From Myxococcota bacterium (GTDB taxonomy: Bacteria > Myxococcota > UBA4151), in NCBI GenBank assembly GCA_040260805.1, contig JBDQPD010000067.1, positions 1 through 18,038 on the forward strand: a stretch of DNA of 18,038 nt, read 5' to 3'. How positions within the stretch are numbered: the first letter of the stretch is position 1; the number at the start of each line of letters is the position of its first letter. The notes below the pieces were generated by a model. The model saw only the letters and a list, made by a program, of their open reading frames with translations, was not told the DNA's origin and did not search any database. The position numbers and the translations under genes are program-made. Below, piece after piece: positions 1 to 13,153 of the stretch.

Positions 1-837
1 GATGCGATCGCTCGAGACGGTGAAGACACGATCCGGACCAAATACGGTAACCTGTTTCAGATGTATGAGAAGATCACAGGCGACAACCCGTACCAGACGC
101 CCATGCAGATCTACCCTGCGCCGCATTATACGATGGGCGGTTTGTGGGTGGACTACAACTTAGAGTCGAACATTCCAGGGCTCTTTGTCTGCGGCGAAGC
201 GAACTTCTCTGATCACGGATCGAATCGCTTGGGTGCGTCGGCTCTGATGCAAGGCTTAGCAGACGGTTACTTTGTGTTGCCCTACACGCTGGCTGACTAT
301 CTCGCCCGAGAGAACCCACAGGCGCCGGACGACGACTGTGAAGCGGCGCAAGAAGCGATGGCTGCTGTACAGGAGCGACTGGATCGCCTGACCGCGATTC
401 AGGGCAGACGCAGTGTCGAGAGTTTCCACCGAGAGCTTGGCATGATCCTGCTCGATAAATGCGGGATGAGTCGATCGAAAGAAGGTCTCGAGGACGCCCG
501 GGCGAAAATTCGTGCCCTGCGGGACGAGTTCTGGTCGGACGTGATGGTCCCGGTCCATGGTGGGCCAATGAACCCCGAGCTTGAAAAGGCGGCACGCGTG
601 GCTGACTTTCTGGAGTTCGGTGAGTTGATGGTCGTTGATGCCTGGAACCGTGAAGAGAGCTGTGGTGGTCATTTCCGTGAGGAGCATCAAACCGAAGAGG
701 GCGAAGCTCGACGCGACGATGAGCACTGGACGCACGCGTCAGCTTGGGAGTTCACTGGGGTTGGTGATGAGCCAGTCGAACACAAGGAAGAGCTGGTGTT
801 CGAGTTCGTCCAGCCTAGTCAAAGGAGCTACAAATGA
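1..837 (+). CDS. sdhA: Succinate dehydrogenase/fumarate reductase flavoprotein subunit, C-terminal part (gene begins before the window)
   Basis: Frame is open from base 1 ([27 protein letters not shown]...). Motifs [39 protein letters not shown] and [13 protein letters not shown] stop overlaps the sdhB ATG (ATGA, 834-837). Confidence 0.96.
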   Translation, partial: DAIARDGEDTIRTKYGNLFQMYEKITGDNPYQTPMQIYPAPHYTMGGLWVDYNLESNIPGLFVCGEANFSDHGSNRLGASALMQGLADGYFVLPYTLADYLARENPQAPDDDCEAAQEAMAAVQERLDRLTAIQGRRSVESFHRELGMILLDKCGMSRSKEGLEDARAKIRALRDEFWSDVMVPVHGGPMNPELEKAARVADFLEFGELMVVDAWNREESCGGHFREEHQTEEGEARRDDEHWTHASAWEFTGVGDEPVEHKEELVFEFVQPSQRSYK

Positions 838-1598
838 GCGGCAACTTGAACCTTACATTGAAGGTCTGGCGTCAGGACCATGTAGACTCCAAAGGCAGCT
901 TTGAGTCGTATGCTTTGTCGGACGTGAGCCCAGACAGCTCGTTTCTTGAGATGCTTGATCAGCTCAATGAACAGTTGATCCAAGAAGGCAAGTCGCCGGT
1001 AACCTTTGAGCACGATTGCCGAGAGGGCATCTGTGGCTCATGCGGCTTTATGATCAACGGTCAAGCACACGGCCCCGAGCGTGGAACGACAGTTTGTCAG
1101 CTGCACATGCGCAGCTTCAAGTCGGGCGAGACGCTCGTTCTTGAGCCCTGGCGCGCGAGAGCGTTCCCGGTGTTGCGCGACCTCTTGGTTGAGCGCTCTC
1201 CATTTGATCGTATTCAGCAGGCAGGTGGCTATTGCTCGACCAACGTCGGTAATGCGCCCGAAGCCAACTCGAACCTGATGGGACGCGACGATGCGACCGA
1301 GGCGTTTCATGCCGCCGCTTGCATCGGCTGCGGAGCGTGCGTTGCGAGCTGCAAAAATGCGTCTGCGAGTCTGTTTACAGCCGCAAAAATCGGACACCTA
1401 GCGCACACTCCACAAGGGCAACCAGAGCGAGCACGTCGCGCCGCTCGGATGGTTGAGACCATGGAGATGGAAGGCTTCGGGGCTTGCTCGAACACCTACG
1501 AGTGCGAAGCAGCCTGTCCCAAAGAGATCTCGGTCAAGTTCATTCAGCAGATGAACCGAGAGTACTTGAGCGCCAAACTCACCGACGAAGAGTACTAA
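834..1598 (+). CDS. sdhB: Succinate dehydrogenase/fumarate reductase iron-sulfur subunit
   Basis: Cys motifs [10 protein letters not shown]...C (2Fe-2S), [11 protein letters not shown] and [13 protein letters not shown] (4Fe-4S/3Fe-4S ligands). Directly follows sdhA. Confidence 0.96.
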   Translation: MSGNLNLTLKVWRQDHVDSKGSFESYALSDVSPDSSFLEMLDQLNEQLIQEGKSPVTFEHDCREGICGSCGFMINGQAHGPERGTTVCQLHMRSFKSGETLVLEPWRARAFPVLRDLLVERSPFDRIQQAGGYCSTNVGNAPEANSNLMGRDDATEAFHAAACIGCGACVASCKNASASLFTAAKIGHLAHTPQGQPERARRAARMVETMEMEGFGACSNTYECEAACPKEISVKFIQQMNREYLSAKLTDEEY

Positions 1599-1631
1599 GA
1601 CGTTCCGTTCAGGCAGCGCGAGAGGGAATTG

Positions 1632-2369
1632 ATGCTACCAGCCGCAGCGCTACAGCGTATCCGTTCTGAGATTGCGCTACGGCGGCCGGAGTTTGCGGTC
1701 TTGCGTCGTGACGGCGTTGAGCTAACCACCCGGTTTATCGATCGTTTTGAATGCCCTTTAGGTCCGGTTTGGATGGCTGAGTTGCCGAGCCTTGAGGGCA
1801 GGACGCTCGTGCTCAATATCGATGAGCAGCTCAAAGGTCATGTTCGTGTAGGCCAGCGCATCTTGAATTTCACGACGTATGTGGTGTCGCCTCAGGCGAC
1901 CCTCGAGGTGGACTCAAGCTCGGACCAACGCATCATTCTGCTCGCCGAGCCGAGCGACTACGCAGAGGTTCAACGTCGGCGTTGGCATCGGATCTCGAGT
2001 GAGGCGTCTTTAGTCGGCAGCGCCACCTTATACTTTGAAGCAAGTCAGGTCATCGCAGGACCATCTTATGAGCTGCGACGCGGCATGCTTGATACCGACG
2101 TCAAGGTTCTGGATATCAGCGGTGGAGGTGTGAGTTTTGAGGCGCCATCGGCTCTAGGTCATGAGCTTCAGGTGGGTGATTTGGTGCGTCTGCGAATCGA
2201 TCTGCTGCGAGGGCAGGAGCCCTTTGGGTTTTCGGCTCAGATACGGAACCGTCAGCGCACTGAGAATGGCTTGAGGTATGGCGTAGCGTTTCATGGAGAT
2301 GATCATCTCTTTGGTGAGATCTCAGCGCGCGCTTTGCACTTGGTATTTCTCCTACAAACTGAAGACTGA
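1632..2369 (+). CDS. PilZ-domain protein with YcgR/flagellar-brake-like architecture (putative c-di-GMP receptor)
   Basis: Both PilZ motifs are present: QRRRWHR (RxxxR) and DISGGG (D/NxSxxG), plus C-terminal RYGVAF. An N-terminal domain of about 110 aa ends in FTTYV...EPSDYAEVQRR, as in YcgR-type proteins. SD-like AGAGGG at 1621-1626; start is ATG 1632 or TTG 1629. Confidence 0.82.
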   Translation: MLPAAALQRIRSEIALRRPEFAVLRRDGVELTTRFIDRFECPLGPVWMAELPSLEGRTLVLNIDEQLKGHVRVGQRILNFTTYVVSPQATLEVDSSSDQRIILLAEPSDYAEVQRRRWHRISSEASLVGSATLYFEASQVIAGPSYELRRGMLDTDVKVLDISGGGVSFEAPSALGHELQVGDLVRLRIDLLRGQEPFGFSAQIRNRQRTENGLRYGVAFHGDDHLFGEISARALHLVFLLQTED

Positions 2370-2395
2370 ACCGCTTTAACAGGAGGTTCTACTAA

Positions 2396-2428
2396 ATGTT
2401 CACATTTGGTTTTCGGCCGGCCTGTTGA
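2396..2428 (+). other. Candidate upstream mini-ORF / leader peptide MFTFGFRPAC in the sucC leader
   Basis: AGGAGGT at 2381-2387, then 8 nt, then ATG 2396. Ten codons, three of them Phe, ending at TGA 2426-2428. Translation is unproven. Confidence 0.3.
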
Positions 2429-2430
2429 CA
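2425..2430 (+). promoter_or_regulatory. Possible sigma70 -35 hexamer upstream of sucC
   Basis: Perfect TTGACA, but the sequence 17-18 bp downstream (CCATGA/CATGAA) is a poor -10. Confidence 0.25.
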
Positions 2431-2493
2431 CGACGCGAAGCCTACCCCCATGAAGCAATCCGCAAGACGCCGTAGGCGTGTCTCGGAGTACGC

Positions 2494-3654
2494 ATGAAAG
2501 TTCACGAATATCAGGGCAAGTCGATTCTTGCCGAGTTCGGTGTTCCCGTTCCTAAAGGCCGGGTCATCGATCAGCCTCAAGAAGCCGCACAGGTTTATCA
2601 AGAGCTCGGTCGCGAGTTGGTCGTGGTCAAAGCACAGATCCACGCTGGCGGTCGCGGGAAAGGTGGCGGCGTCAAGCTCGCTCGCAGCGCCAGCGAGGCG
2701 GTGGAGCATGCCGAAGCGATTCTCGGCATGCAGCTGGTCACGCATCAGACAGGCGCCGAGGGCAAAGAGGTCCTTAAAGTATTGATTGAAGAAGGCACCG
2801 ATATTGCTCGGGAGCTGTACGTCGCGATGGTCCCCGACCGTGAAAACCAGCGGGTATGCCTGATGGCGTCGACCGAGGGCGGGATGGACATCGAGAAGGT
2901 CGCTGAGGAGACCCCCGAGAAGATTCTCAAAGAGTGGGTTGAGCCAGCGGTAGGCTTGAGCGGTTATCAGTCGCGAAAGATCGCCTTTGCTTTGGGGATT
3001 GAAGGCAAAGCCGTGCGGGCGATGTCTCGTGTGCTCGATGGCTTATACAGAGCGTTTATGGCGAAAGATGCCTCGCTCGCAGAGATCAACCCGCTGGTCG
3101 TCACCGGTGATAATGAGATCATCGCGCTGGATGCGAAATTCAACTTCGACTCGAACGCTCTTTATCGTCAAAAGGCGATCGTTGAGATGCGTGACCTGAG
3201 CGAAGAGGACGAGCGCGAGATTGAGGCGAGTAAATACGACCTGGCGTACATCGCGCTCGACGGAAACATTGGCTGCTTGGTCAACGGTGCTGGGCTTGCG
3301 ATGGCGACGATGGACACCATCAAGCTCTTTGGAGGTGAACCGGCAAACTTCCTGGATGTGGGAGGCGGAGCGACGACCGAGAAGGTGACCGCAGCGTTCA
3401 AGTTGATCTTGGCGGATACGGCGGTACGTTGTGTGATGGTCAATATCTTTGGTGGCATCATGAAATGTGACGTCATCGCTCAGGGCGTGGTCGCCGCAGC
3501 GAAAGAGGTCGGACTTAATGTGCCGCTCGTGGTTCGCTTGGCGGGGACCAACGTGGAGCTAGGTCAACAAATTCTTGCCGATTCGGGCCTGCCAATTATT
3601 TCGGCAGACAACATGGGTGATGCGGCACGTAAGGCCGTGGAGGCAGCAGGCTAA
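2494..3654 (+). CDS. sucC: Succinyl-CoA synthetase beta subunit
   Basis: [10 protein letters not shown]-terminus, [60 protein letters not shown] at 2485-2488. Confidence 0.98.
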   Translation: MKVHEYQGKSILAEFGVPVPKGRVIDQPQEAAQVYQELGRELVVVKAQIHAGGRGKGGGVKLARSASEAVEHAEAILGMQLVTHQTGAEGKEVLKVLIEEGTDIARELYVAMVPDRENQRVCLMASTEGGMDIEKVAEETPEKILKEWVEPAVGLSGYQSRKIAFALGIEGKAVRAMSRVLDGLYRAFMAKDASLAEINPLVVTGDNEIIALDAKFNFDSNALYRQKAIVEMRDLSEEDEREIEASKYDLAYIALDGNIGCLVNGAGLAMATMDTIKLFGGEPANFLDVGGGATTEKVTAAFKLILADTAVRCVMVNIFGGIMKCDVIAQGVVAAAKEVGLNVPLVVRLAGTNVELGQQILADSGLPIISADNMGDAARKAVEAAG

Positions 3655-3655
3655 G

Positions 3656-4531
3656 ATGAGTATCTTCGTCAATAAAAATACTAAGCTTCTGGTGCAGGGA
3701 ATCACTGGCTCTGCGGGGTCATTTCACTCGGGTCAGATGATCGATTATGGCACGCAAGTGGTGGCAGGCGTCACGCCTGGCCGAGGCGGGCAGCGCTTCA
3801 ACGACTCGGTGCCTATCTTTGACACGGTCGCCGATGCGGTGGCTCAGACCGGCGCCAATGCGAGCGCTATCTTCGTGCCGCCGCCGTTCGCCGCGGATGC
3901 GATCCTTGAAGCCTGCGACGCAGGCGTCGAGACCATTGTGGCGATCACTGAGGGCATTCCGGTGCTTGATATGATCGGGGTCCGATCCGCCATGCAGGGT
4001 AGCTCGAGCCGTTTGATCGGTCCGAACTGTCCTGGAATTATTACGCCAGGCGAATGCAAGATCGGGATCATGCCCGGTCACATCCATCAAATCGGACGCA
4101 TCGGTGTGGTGAGCAAGTCGGGCACCTTGACCTACGAGGCGGTTGGACAACTCAGCGAACTCAATATCGGGCAGTCGACCTGCATCGGTATTGGTGGAGA
4201 CCCGGTCAACGGAACGAACTTCATCGACGTGCTCGAAGCCTTCCAGGCTGATCCAGATACCGACGGTATCATCATGATCGGTGAGATCGGCGGTAACGCT
4301 GAGGAAGAGGCTGCCGCTTGGATTGCGGATCATTTCACCAAGCCGGTTGTTGGGTTCATCGCGGGCATGACTGCACCTCCGGGCAAGCGCATGGGCCACG
4401 CAGGTGCTATCATCAGCGGCGGCTCGGGTACTGCATCGGCGAAAGTCGCTGCTTTGCGTGAAGCTGGCGCGACAGTTGTCGATTCTCCAGCAGACATGGG
4501 CGTGGCCATGCAAGGGTTACTCGGCGGCTAA
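3656..4531 (+). CDS. sucD: Succinyl-CoA synthetase alpha subunit
   Basis: True start is ATG 3656 ([18 protein letters not shown]), one base after the sucC stop. Motifs [21 protein letters not shown] and phospho-His motif RMGHAGA. Confidence 0.98.
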   Translation: MSIFVNKNTKLLVQGITGSAGSFHSGQMIDYGTQVVAGVTPGRGGQRFNDSVPIFDTVADAVAQTGANASAIFVPPPFAADAILEACDAGVETIVAITEGIPVLDMIGVRSAMQGSSSRLIGPNCPGIITPGECKIGIMPGHIHQIGRIGVVSKSGTLTYEAVGQLSELNIGQSTCIGIGGDPVNGTNFIDVLEAFQADPDTDGIIMIGEIGGNAEEEAAAWIADHFTKPVVGFIAGMTAPPGKRMGHAGAIISGGSGTASAKVAALREAGATVVDSPADMGVAMQGLLGG

Positions 4532-4577
4532 AAAGAGTATAAATTACGAAGCTTCCTCGCCGTGTCGGGGGACGTTG

Positions 4578-4605
4578 TTGACAAGCGCTACGGCTTCCAT
4601 AGAAA
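4578..4605 (+). promoter_or_regulatory. Possible sigma70 promoter for ihf-carB-greA
   Basis: TTGACA (4578-4583), 16-bp spacer, TAGAAA (4600-4605). An alternative is TTACTC (4517-4522), 17 bp, TAAATT (4540-4545) in an AT-rich patch. Confidence 0.3.
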
Positions 4606-4630
4606 GCCGGCGCAACCGAAAGGGGCGAAG

Positions 4631-4951
4631 ATGGCGAATCAGGATCTTCCGAGCGTACGTCGATCAGAAATTATCGATCGATTTGCTCAGCGAGTTATGG
4701 TGGACAACCTCAGTGCTGACGACGCCGCTTTAGTCGCCAACACGATCCTTGATAGTATGCGTCAGGCGCTGATCGATGGTCACCGTATTGAGATCCGAGG
4801 TTTTGGTACCTTCACAGTCAATCATTATGAAGCTCGTAAAGGGCGACACCCCAAAGACCCTGATCGCACGATTGACGTCGCCGCGAAGCGCCTGCCGCGT
4901 TTTCGACCCGGCAAGGCCCTTCGAGAAGCTGTGATGGAGTCGGCAAAGTAG
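4631..4951 (+). CDS. ihfB: IHF/HU-family DNA-bending protein, most like integration host factor beta subunit
   Basis: GHRIEIRGFGTF, ARKGRHPK, KRLPRFRPGKALREAV; the RIEIRGFG motif is IHF-beta-like. Likely start is ATG 4631 after AGGGG (4621-4625) rather than GTG 4562. Subfamily assignment is moderately certain. Confidence 0.78.
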   Translation: MANQDLPSVRRSEIIDRFAQRVMVDNLSADDAALVANTILDSMRQALIDGHRIEIRGFGTFTVNHYEARKGRHPKDPDRTIDVAAKRLPRFRPGKALREAVMESAK

Positions 4952-4966
4952 CCGCGGAGACCTGAT

Positions 4967-8191
<3,225 letters not shown>

Positions 8192-8226
8192 GGCTGCTTA
8201 AACAACTTACGAGATAGGAGTGACGT

Positions 8227-8724
8227 ATGGCTATTGAGCGCGTTCTCTTAACGGTGACGGGACATGAGCGGCTGAGTGCCGAGTTCCACAAGATGAAGAC
8301 TGAGACTCGACCGGCGGTCGTTCAGGATCTGAGCGAAGCCCGGGCACATGGTGATCTGAGTGAAAACGCAGAGTATCATGCGGCTAAAGAGAAGCTTGCT
8401 TTCGTGGATACAAGGATAGGCTATCTTGAGGACCGTTTGACCCGAGCAGAGGTCATTAATGTCGGAGAAACCAGCGGTGATGTGGTCCGGTTTGGTGCCA
8501 CCGTGACCTTGCTTGATTTCGACGATGACAGTGAGTCTCGATACCAGATTGTGGGTGAGGAAGAAGCTGATTTGGACGCGTTGCGTATCAGCACCTCTAG
8601 CCCAGTCGCCCGAGCGGTCATGGGTAAGCGTCAAGGTGATGTGATCGAGCTGCGTTTGCCTGCCGGCGTGCGTGACCTCGAGATCATGAGCGTTGACTAC
8701 CAAGAAGATCCGCAACTCGTCTGA
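8227..8724 (+). CDS. greA: Transcription elongation factor GreA
   Basis: ARAHGDLSENAEYHAAKE with both catalytic acidic residues, YQIVGEEEAD, ISTSSPVARA. Typical carB-greA adjacency. SD AGGAG. Confidence 0.96.
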   Translation: MAIERVLLTVTGHERLSAEFHKMKTETRPAVVQDLSEARAHGDLSENAEYHAAKEKLAFVDTRIGYLEDRLTRAEVINVGETSGDVVRFGATVTLLDFDDDSESRYQIVGEEEADLDALRISTSSPVARAVMGKRQGDVIELRLPAGVRDLEIMSVDYQEDPQLV

Positions 8725-9746
8725 TGACCCGCCTTCCTGGCCTGATCAAATCCCAAGCCAATGACTTTCGAGTCGTTGAGGTGCCCGCCTTCGAGCCCGA
8801 GGGCCAGGGAGACCACCTGTATCTTTGGGTCGAGAAGGAGGGACTCTCGACGCCGCGGGTGCTCAACCAGATCGCCAGACTCTGTGGCTTGAGCACACGA
8901 GATTTAGGGTGCGCCGGGCGCAAGGACCAAGCCGCCGTGACGCAACAGTGGCTGAGCGTCCCCGTGACGCTTGGTGGTGCGCTGGATAACCTGCCATCAG
9001 ACGGCGTGTTTGAACGCGTAGGAGAGTTTGGGCGGTGGCGAGTTATCAGACGACTGCATCATCCCAGGCGTCTCAAGACGGGGCAGTTGACCGGAAACCG
9101 GTTCGAGCTGCTTGTTCGTGGTTTGTCATCGAGCGAAGCGGAGAAGATGGTCGCCCGTTGCGACCTACTCTCCCAAGAGGCTCGTTTGCTCAATGCATAC
9201 GGTCAGCAGCGCTTTGTGGACCCTCAAGCGATTGAGCAGGCTCGAGGGTTACTTGAGCGCGGGCGTCTACGCGGCCGGAAAGACACGTTTTTAATCAGCA
9301 TCGCTCAGGCAGCCGTTTTCAATCGCTACCTGTCGCTTCGCTCCGAACTCGCTGAGCCGATCGCTGGGGAATGGTACGGAACGCTCAAAGGCGGTCGGTT
9401 TGATGGGGCGCGAGAATCGCACGAGCTCATCGTTGAGCGGCTTGAATCCGGTGAAATTGTGCCCTTAGCACCGATGATCGGTCGTGATGTTAAACCTGAT
9501 CAAGCGTGTGGTGAGCTCATCGCTCAGGCTTGCGATGACCTAAGCCTCGGTGGCTTGGATTGGTCCCGCTTTGGTAAGAAAGTGCGTGGCGCTTGGCGCC
9601 CTGTTTGGGTCGAGGTTCCAGACCTGTCTTGTTCGCAGGTTGACGACGGCGTCGAGCTGTCTTTTAGCCTGCCTAGTGGATCGTACGCCACGGTCTTGGT
9701 GGATCGCTTGTTGGAGAACCGATGGGCGTTTCCGTTCAACGAGTAG
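8724..9746 (+). CDS. truD: tRNA pseudouridine(13) synthase TruD
   Basis: DFRVVE, GQGDHLYLWVEKEGLST, catalytic AGRKDQAAVTQQWLS, LTGNRFELLVR, NAYGQQRF, FSLPSGSYAT. Start overlaps the greA stop (TGATG). Confidence 0.93.
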   Translation: MTRLPGLIKSQANDFRVVEVPAFEPEGQGDHLYLWVEKEGLSTPRVLNQIARLCGLSTRDLGCAGRKDQAAVTQQWLSVPVTLGGALDNLPSDGVFERVGEFGRWRVIRRLHHPRRLKTGQLTGNRFELLVRGLSSSEAEKMVARCDLLSQEARLLNAYGQQRFVDPQAIEQARGLLERGRLRGRKDTFLISIAQAAVFNRYLSLRSELAEPIAGEWYGTLKGGRFDGARESHELIVERLESGEIVPLAPMIGRDVKPDQACGELIAQACDDLSLGGLDWSRFGKKVRGAWRPVWVEVPDLSCSQVDDGVELSFSLPSGSYATVLVDRLLENRWAFPFNE

Positions 9747-10585
9747 ACTGCAGCGAAGCCGGCCGTCCCGAGCGGGTTTTGGCGCAACAGCTTGGCCTGA
9801 GCCGTCGCGTGGTTGTGGCCTGGCTGCATGAGAAGCGGATTCGCAGCGTGGCGGGCGAGACCTTGCGTAAGGGGGACCGGGTTGAGTCTGGGCAAGCGCT
9901 TGAGCTCCGACTTGAAGGCGTTCTGGGCGACTGGATCCGGCCTGCCCTGAGTCCGCTTCCTGCGCTGGCTCATGGCGATGACTGGGTCGCCATCGATAAA
10001 CCCGCAGGACTGCCCAGCCACTTGAGCATGCCCTTCGAAGATCAAACCGCTTTGAATCATTTGGTCGCTCTTCACGTGGGCGCGGCGACCGCCGGAGATG
10101 ACCCGCTGCAGGGGGGCTTGGTTCATCGGCTCGATAACGACGCATCGGGCACCTTACTCGCCGCGACCTCAACCAATAGGTTCCAGCTGCTCAGGCGTGC
10201 TTTTAGCGAGGCTCGCGTTCGGCGCGTGTATCGAGCGCGTGTAGCTGGCGCAGCTGGGGCGCTTCCATCAGGCGCTGGTGAGATCGTTGAGCCGTTGCTG
10301 GCGAAGGGGGCGAAAGTCGTTGTCGACGCTTCAGGCAGAGCGACTCAGACGCTCTGGCGGTGTTTGGATGATCAAGGGCTTGTCGAGCTTGAGCTCAAGA
10401 CTGGGCACCGGCACCAGATTCGAGTGCACTTGGCGAGTCAGGGCTGGCCGATTGTTGGCGACTCGTTGTACGGAGACGGAGGAGCGTCCGCCTCTCGTCT
10501 GGCGCTGCATTGCGTTGAATTGGGATGGGAGGATGAACGCGTCGTCTCACCCGTACCTGAGTTCTTGCAACCGGTGGTCTCGTGA
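9722..10585 (+). CDS. RluA-family (RluD/RluC-like) pseudouridine synthase with an S4-like N-terminus
   Basis: IDKPAGLPSH, catalytic VHRLDNDASG, TGHRHQIRVHLA, PIVGDSLYG, LALH. N-terminal LAQQLGLSRR...GDRVESG resembles an S4 domain. Overlaps truD by 25 nt. Confidence 0.9.
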   Translation: MGVSVQRVDCSEAGRPERVLAQQLGLSRRVVVAWLHEKRIRSVAGETLRKGDRVESGQALELRLEGVLGDWIRPALSPLPALAHGDDWVAIDKPAGLPSHLSMPFEDQTALNHLVALHVGAATAGDDPLQGGLVHRLDNDASGTLLAATSTNRFQLLRRAFSEARVRRVYRARVAGAAGALPSGAGEIVEPLLAKGAKVVVDASGRATQTLWRCLDDQGLVELELKTGHRHQIRVHLASQGWPIVGDSLYGDGGASASRLALHCVELGWEDERVVSPVPEFLQPVVS

Positions 10586-10593
10586 AGGCCGCC

Positions 10594-10622
10594 GAGCGCC
10601 CGAAAAATGGGCGTTTTTACTT
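10594..10622 (+). terminator. Possible intrinsic terminator after the RluA-family gene
   Basis: Stem AGCGCCC (10595-10601), loop GAAAAAT, GGGCGTT (10609-10615), followed by TTTACTT. Confidence 0.5.
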
Positions 10623-10678
10623 GACCGAACCTGCTCCTGAGCGCACACACCGTCGCTTGCCATGGTTGGGTCTGCCCC

Positions 10679-10691
10679 CAACTTATTGATA
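10679..10691 (-). promoter_or_regulatory. IHF-binding consensus site upstream of rpsA
   Basis: Minus strand reads TATCAATAAGTTG, an exact match to WATCAANNNNTTR, with an AT-rich tract on its 5' side (10692-10701). Confidence 0.45.
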
Positions 10692-10692
10692 T

Positions 10693-10698
10693 TACAAT
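10693..10698 (+). promoter_or_regulatory. Candidate -10 element of the rpsA promoter
   Basis: TACAAT in the most AT-rich patch of the intergenic region. No good -35 at the canonical spacing. Confidence 0.35.
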
Positions 10699-10771
10699 AA
10701 AGCATCAGGCAGATGATGCGCCAATCCACTGTCGAAGATGGGCTTTGACAGGGCTTAAACAAGAGGGTCGC

Positions 10772-12517
<1,746 letters not shown>

Positions 12518-12548
12518 AGTCGCTCGAGGGGTATCGGTACCTTCACGC

Positions 12549-12586
12549 AAGGCGGTGACCATTTCGGTCGCCGCTTTTGCGTTTTT
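12549..12586 (+). terminator. Rho-independent terminator after rpsA
   Basis: Stem AAGGCGGTGACC (12549-12560), loop ATTTC, GGTCGCCGCTTT (12566-12577), followed by TGCGTTTTT. Confidence 0.85.
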
Positions 12587-12613
12587 GTGCTCGGACAAGG
12601 GGTGGAGGTCACG

Positions 12614-13153
12614 GTGCGGATTGTAGCGGGTCAATGGCGCGGGCGTCGTCTCAAGACGCCGGGTAAGGCGAAAGGTATTCGTCCGACCTCTGATCGGCTG
12701 CGTGAGGCCTTGTTTAATATCCTTGCGGCTCGCTTTGAGGGCGGCGTCTTTATCGATCTATACGCCGGCACAGGCGCCGTCGGTTTAGAGGCCGCCAGCC
12801 GTGGCGCTGCTTCGGTCTACTTGGTCGAAAAGTCGCGCTCGGCTCAGAGGGTCTGTCAGGCGAATATTGAGCTGCTCGATGCGCAGTCGCAGGTGAGCCT
12901 GAAAGCCGCTAGCGCATCGAGCCCTGGCGCCTTGCCCGCAGCGCGCGTGGCGTTTGCCGATCCGCCCTATGCTCATGAGCCCCAGATTGCGCTTGATGCC
13001 CTGTTAGCGGTAAACGTTGAGCCGGGCGGTTGTTGGTGTCTCGAACTCGCAGTTGATGCGCCGACGCCGGCGCCACCAGAAGGCGTTGCGGCGGTGCTCG
13101 ACCGCGTGTACGGGGGTTCCAGGTTGATCATGTACGAGCGAGTTCAGTCATGA
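12614..13153 (+). CDS. rsmD: 16S rRNA m2G966 methyltransferase RsmD
   Basis: GTG start at 12614 ([13 protein letters not shown]) after GGAGG (12604-12608). [19 protein letters not shown] motif [24 protein letters not shown]. Typical rsmD-coaD pair. Confidence 0.94.
   Translation: MRIVAGQWRGRRLKTPGKAKGIRPTSDRLREALFNILAARFEGGVFIDLYAGTGAVGLEAASRGAASVYLVEKSRSAQRVCQANIELLDAQSQVSLKAASASSPGALPAARVAFADPPYAHEPQIALDALLAVNVEPGGCWCLELAVDAPTPAPPEGVAAVLDRVYGGSRLIMYERVQS

Noticed and set aside
3575..3655. N-terminal extensions in the ORF track for sucD (3575), ihf (4562), rpsA (10745) and rsmD (12587)
   Set aside because: Downstream starts (3656, 4631, 10772, 12614) match family N-termini and/or have better SD positioning.
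4609..4630. GGCGCAACC-GAAA-GGGGCGAAG resembles part of a c-di-GMP-I riboswitch (GCAAAC...GAAA...GACGCAAAGC)
   Set aside because: The stem is only 2 bp, the second hairpin and tetraloop receptor are missing, and the CDS starts immediately afterwards. An Rfam scan would be decisive.
8196..10762. 10-mer GCTTAAACAA shared upstream of greA (8196-8205) and rpsA (10753-10762), with a similar GCTTTAACAG at 2373-2382
   Set aside because: One 10-mer match among AT-rich leaders is compatible with chance or generic A-rich translation enhancers, and the resemblance to boxA is incomplete.
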